DNA of 64,000 nt from the human T2T-CHM13v2.0 reference genome, Homo sapiens: the NCBI RefSeq assembly GCF_009914755.1, contig NC_060925.1. One strand, written 5' to 3'. Shown in pieces: positions 59,185 to 64,000 of the stretch. The notes beneath the pieces are model-generated. The model worked only from the letters and a program-made list of their open reading frames with translations. It was not told where the DNA came from and did not search any database. The stretch's first letter is position 1. Each line of letters begins with the position of its first letter. Both the position numbers and the translations under genes were made by a program.

Positions 59185-60899
59185 GCATTCTGTCCCTCAG
59201 AGCACCCCCTGAACCTGCCTCAGTAAGACCAGCATGTGGAAAGGGGAGAAATCTAGTACACAGCCTCATTCAGTGCCTGTCCCTCCAGCCTGAGCCACCA
59301 GCCCCGGAGAGGCCCGGGCCACCAGGGGATGCATACCTGAGAGCTGCCTCCGGGGCGGCATCCATGTTTCCTATACCCCTGAGATGGCTCACCAGGGAGC
59401 CCATGGCTGAAATCTGAAGACAATCAGGTCTGAAGACTTCCTGCTTTCCCAGAACACCACCAAGAGATGGCCACGTCCTCAGGTTCTGCATCAGACTGAA
59501 GGAAGCTCAAGGATGTTGGTGATTCCAGTGCTGGCAGAGATCATGGCTTGCTCCAGGCGTCTCTCCCCACTTCACAGTGGCCAGCGAGACACCTTGCATG
59601 TGGCTCACCAGAAGAAGCCACGTTTTCTCTAGAGGCGGCATACACATCTGGAACGCGTCTCCCTCCCAAGGAATTTGTGGTGCCTTCACAGGAGGGTGTG
59701 TGGCTGCCAAAGGGCATCAGACTGGACTCTGAAGCACCCTGCTGTCCTCAGGCCAAGACCACTTTCCAGCACAATGAAGCTAGAACTAGGCTCTGAAAAT
59801 GTCACATCAACCCTTTGCATGAATCGGAAGACTGAGCCCCTCGTCTTCACAACTCACTGGCTCTATGACTTTGGAAGAAGCTCTGAACCTCTTGGTGTCT
59901 CCAATTCATCATCCATAAAAGGAGTATCATAACACTGTACTTGCAGGGATCAAAACAGAGTCCCAGGCATGAAAATACTGTGAAGTACAAGAGCTATGAA
60001 TGTCAATTGCTAATAGTTGTATGTGAACCACCTTGAGGGAAGGAGGAGAGAAGGTGAAGGGTGCTTTCACCTATTTACAATCCTGAATTCCTGGACTCTG
60101 AGCTGGTGTTTGTATTTTCCAGCTAGCCCAAGATGACATGTTCACTTATGACCATTTGGTCTCTAAAAATGAACTCCCATCTGGAATCCAAGACCGTGGC
60201 TGGCCTGAACTCTGGACCCACATCACACTTCCAAGAAGGAAGCTAGAGTGGCCCCTAGGGAACAGCCTGTGTCAGGACAGTCACTTTAAACACCCCTGCT
60301 CTCTACATTTAGAGCCTGGAAAAACTTAGTCGAAACCTAAAATGAACTGAACCTTGGCCCGTGGATGTTTCCAAGTAAATTGAAACCCTCATCCACACCA
60401 TTAGCCCAGTGCTTCTGCAACCTAGTGATGCTTACCCACTGTGACTCCTCGCGTCAGTATACCCCGGGATGTGTGGAGGCGTTTAAAGGGCTGATGACTT
60501 AGAGCTGGTGGTGACATTTTGGAACCTATGGTGCCAGCCACCATTAGGGAAATCCTACACTGATTCATTGGCTCTTCTAGGTAAGGGTTTCAAGAAGCAA
60601 GGTCTTCTTGGTAGGAATCTAAGAGAAGAGGCATCCTGGTTGTGTTGGAAAGAACATGGTCTTTGGAGCCAGACAAATCTTGATTTAGTACGGACTCCAG
60701 AATGTCTGTGTAGACAGGATTTGGGGCAGCAATAATCTCAATGAAAGGGAGATGACAGGGAAGCACATATTGAAGCTACATTTTTGCCTCCTGTAGGCTC
60801 TTCCGACTTAGATTGTGTGTTTATTTGGGATAATTGTGGAGAAGGGGGCTGCTACAGATGATGGTTACAACGAAAGCCTCCCAAACCACCCCTTGATAA

Positions 60900-61110
60900 T
60901 GACACTGTCTGGATTCAAATCAGCATCTACCACTTACCGTCTATGTGACCTTGGGCGAGTAACTTAGCATCTCCGAGCTACTGTTTTCTTATTTGTAAAA
61001 TGAGAAGAATAATTCCACTCTGGCAGGGCTTTTGTGGGGGATTACATTGGATAACATATGGGAAAGGGCTTAGCACAATGCAGGCATATAATAGGCTCTC
61101 AACATATGGA
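60900..61110 (+). mobile_element. MIR
   Basis: TGTGACCTTGGGCGAGTAACTTA...TGTAAAATGAG. Confidence 0.75.
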
Positions 61111-61810
61111 AGTCTCTTTCCTTCTTTCCATCGCTGGTCCCCAGATGTCTCAGGATCCTAATGCAGTATCCAGATGAGGACTGAGATCTAGAAAGTTCTT
61201 TTTTTTTAAGTTAGATATTTGTGGGGGTTTGCTTTTGGATTTTGTTGCCCACCGTTAAGTGTATTTCAAGGGGACACTACATCTGCCCTGCACATTGTAA
61301 GTCCAGAATACCATGCAGCTGGCCTACTTGAAAGGGAGCCTTCACAGGCTGAACTACACAGGCAGCACCAGTCCTGAGGATGAAAAAGCCACCATAGCAA
61401 ATGAATTAGGTCAGCGGCTTTCCTAATGTCTAGAGGCAGCAGAATCTTCCTACAGTGGGATTTTTTAATGGTTTTTTTCTCCTGGTTTTTGTAGTGTGTG
61501 TGTGTGTGTTTCCTTTCTCACTGAACTCCTGGAGGCTGGACAAGACACAGGATGATAGAATAGAAGGAAAAAGAAGGAGACATTATAAGTACATGCCCCA
61601 GTACCAAGTTCTTTGCAAGGAATCTCTGGAGACGACTGGTGGAACTCATGGGGTTGGCAGAAAACTACTGACTTTGCATGGCCAACACTCATTGGTTCAT
61701 TCATGCATTCAGGAAGCATTTGCTGAGGGAGGCTGACAGCTCCCTGGGAGATGTTAATACATGACATAGCCCCAGTCCCTACATTCTAATGAGTTGTTCC
61801 AAATAACAAG

Positions 61811-62420
61811 TGTTGGGACTCAGAAAACAATACCCCAAAAGGAAGGCTTAGCCTCAGAAGCAAAAGTTTTTCTCTGATCTTCTCCTGCCCTCCTATCTCT
61901 TGCCCCTCATTCTCCCCGAGGCCAGCCATAGAAACCAGAATCCCTCTTCCCCAAGGCGGATATAAAAACCAGAACCCCTTTTCCCCAAAGCCAGCCATAA
62001 AACCTAAAATACAACTCTAGCTTTCCTTCCACCTTTCTGTGTAAAAACTGGCCATAAAGACCTCATCTAACCTATCTTATTTGACTGTAGGTCATAAGAC
62101 CCCCACTCCAGAAAGGATCCTGTCCCATACCCAGAAGGAAGGAATGCGGCATGGATGCCTGGAAGAATCTAGGCAGACAGGCCTTGCTGCGCTTTCTACT
62201 CAGTCTAGTCTAGCATTCCATCAGACCCTTTTTGTCCAGTCATATTTCTATGTGACTATCCATACTGTCTTGAACCTAAGTGTAAAAGTGGACAATTTCC
62301 CCTCTATCTTTGGGTCTTCATTCTGAAGGCTCCTGTGTATACACGTTAAATAAATGTGTATGCCTTTTTTCCTATTAATCAATCTTCTTCATGTCAGTGA
62401 TTTTCCAGTGAACCTTTGGG
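61811..62420 (+). mobile_element. MER39 LTR (ERV1)
   Basis: TGTTGGGACTCAGAAAACAATACCCCAAAA start; TTAAATAAATGTGTATGCCTTTTTCC. Confidence 0.8.
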
Positions 62421-62456
62421 AAGAAATGCTGGCTCAATTAGAAATAGAAATTTGCA

Positions 62457-62893
<437 letters not shown>

Positions 62894-64000
62894 CTATTAG
62901 ACCTAGGCCAGTGGATCATGAAGCCACACACACCACACTTTGTTTCCTTGCAGGGATCCAGTCCCTCCCCTGAGAATGCAGGCTCCTGACTTCTGGTCTC
63001 CCACACCCTCGGTGCTATGCAGTGTCAGCCCAGTATCTGGCTCACAGCAGTCCTAGTGAGCATCTCTTGGGGAGTCCCCTTTACCACCTGTGTATTACAG
63101 CTTCCCAAGGATTAGGAGTAAGGGGAAGAAGCCATTTAAACAAAATTGCTTTTGAAGCACAGATGGGTTCACAATACAGAAAAAATGGTGCTTAGCAAGA
63201 AATGTTTAGGATTTGGCAGATTCTGAAGTTCATTTCACATTGTTTGATGCTTTAAACCAGCTGCTTCTCCCATTCCCTAAACATCAGCTCCCAAGAGAGC
63301 AAGTCAGCCTAGGACTCTCCAGGCAATGATATTTCCTTGGATAATATGCAACCTTTTCTGGAAGGTCTGTTCCATCAGCACTCAGCTCAGCACCCATCCA
63401 GAGCATCTCACTTCCCTTCTCACCATGGTTTCCCTAACAATGGATTCCACACGCACATACGGCTATAGAGGGTCAGTTCAACTGAGCGTGTTTCCCAGCA
63501 ATTGACACAATAGATTCCTCTCTGGGGAGCGAAGGAGTCTACTTACCTGGGATTCCCCTTGTCTCTACTGAGCCACTGGGGGCCATGGTACAAGCAGCCA
63601 ATCCTAAGGACCCTCCTGCTCTCCTCTTGTTGTCCAGCTTGTTTTCTTAGTATGCGCACTACTTGATTTATGGTGCCTGGAGAACCTCAAGCCAACAAGA
63701 TGCTTGCTCCTGACTTCTCTGATTCCAGGGTTCCTTACTTCCTAGTCTCCACCCCTGGTTCATAAGCAGCTTGAAGGAAGACACAACCAAGACCCTACCT
63801 TTGCAACAGCTGTGAAATGGGATCAGAGAATTCCGGTAAAAGTTTGTCAAGCTAAGTGGGATGTATCCAAGGCTTCGTAAGAAAGGAGGCTGGATCTAGC
63901 TCCAGAGCCACTTCTGGAGGCTTGGATAAGAATGGGAAAAGTAAGCCTCCCATTTGCAATTCGCAGACCCATGCTGTGTGGTCTTAAAGCCTCAGGATCA

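Overview
Primate, almost certainly human, genomic DNA with about 20 Alus, plus L1, L2, MIR, MaLR/ERV1 LTRs, hAT MITEs and microsatellites. I see no recognisable conserved protein-coding exon, no tRNA or rRNA, and no CRISPR or prokaryote-type system. I cannot name the gene or locus. Unique segments look like the 5' regulatory or intronic region of a minus-strand gene: promoter-like blocks at about 1.8-3.4 kb and 37.5-37.8 kb, and candidate 5'UTR exons. There is also a possible divergent plus-strand spliced lncRNA. The best-supported unusual structures are retrotransposition and repair fossils: (1) an L1PA carrying a 67-bp 3' transduction with its own AATAAA and second poly(A) inside one TSD; (2) a 70-bp inverted duplication fused to the 5' end of an Alu; (3) a ~240-bp direct duplication in which one copy holds an AluY and the other keeps the empty site; (4) snap-back insertions in an Alu monomer. 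All gene-model claims are inference from motifs. Repeat subfamily names and boundaries were assigned by eye and are approximate. I found no convincing new biological system.
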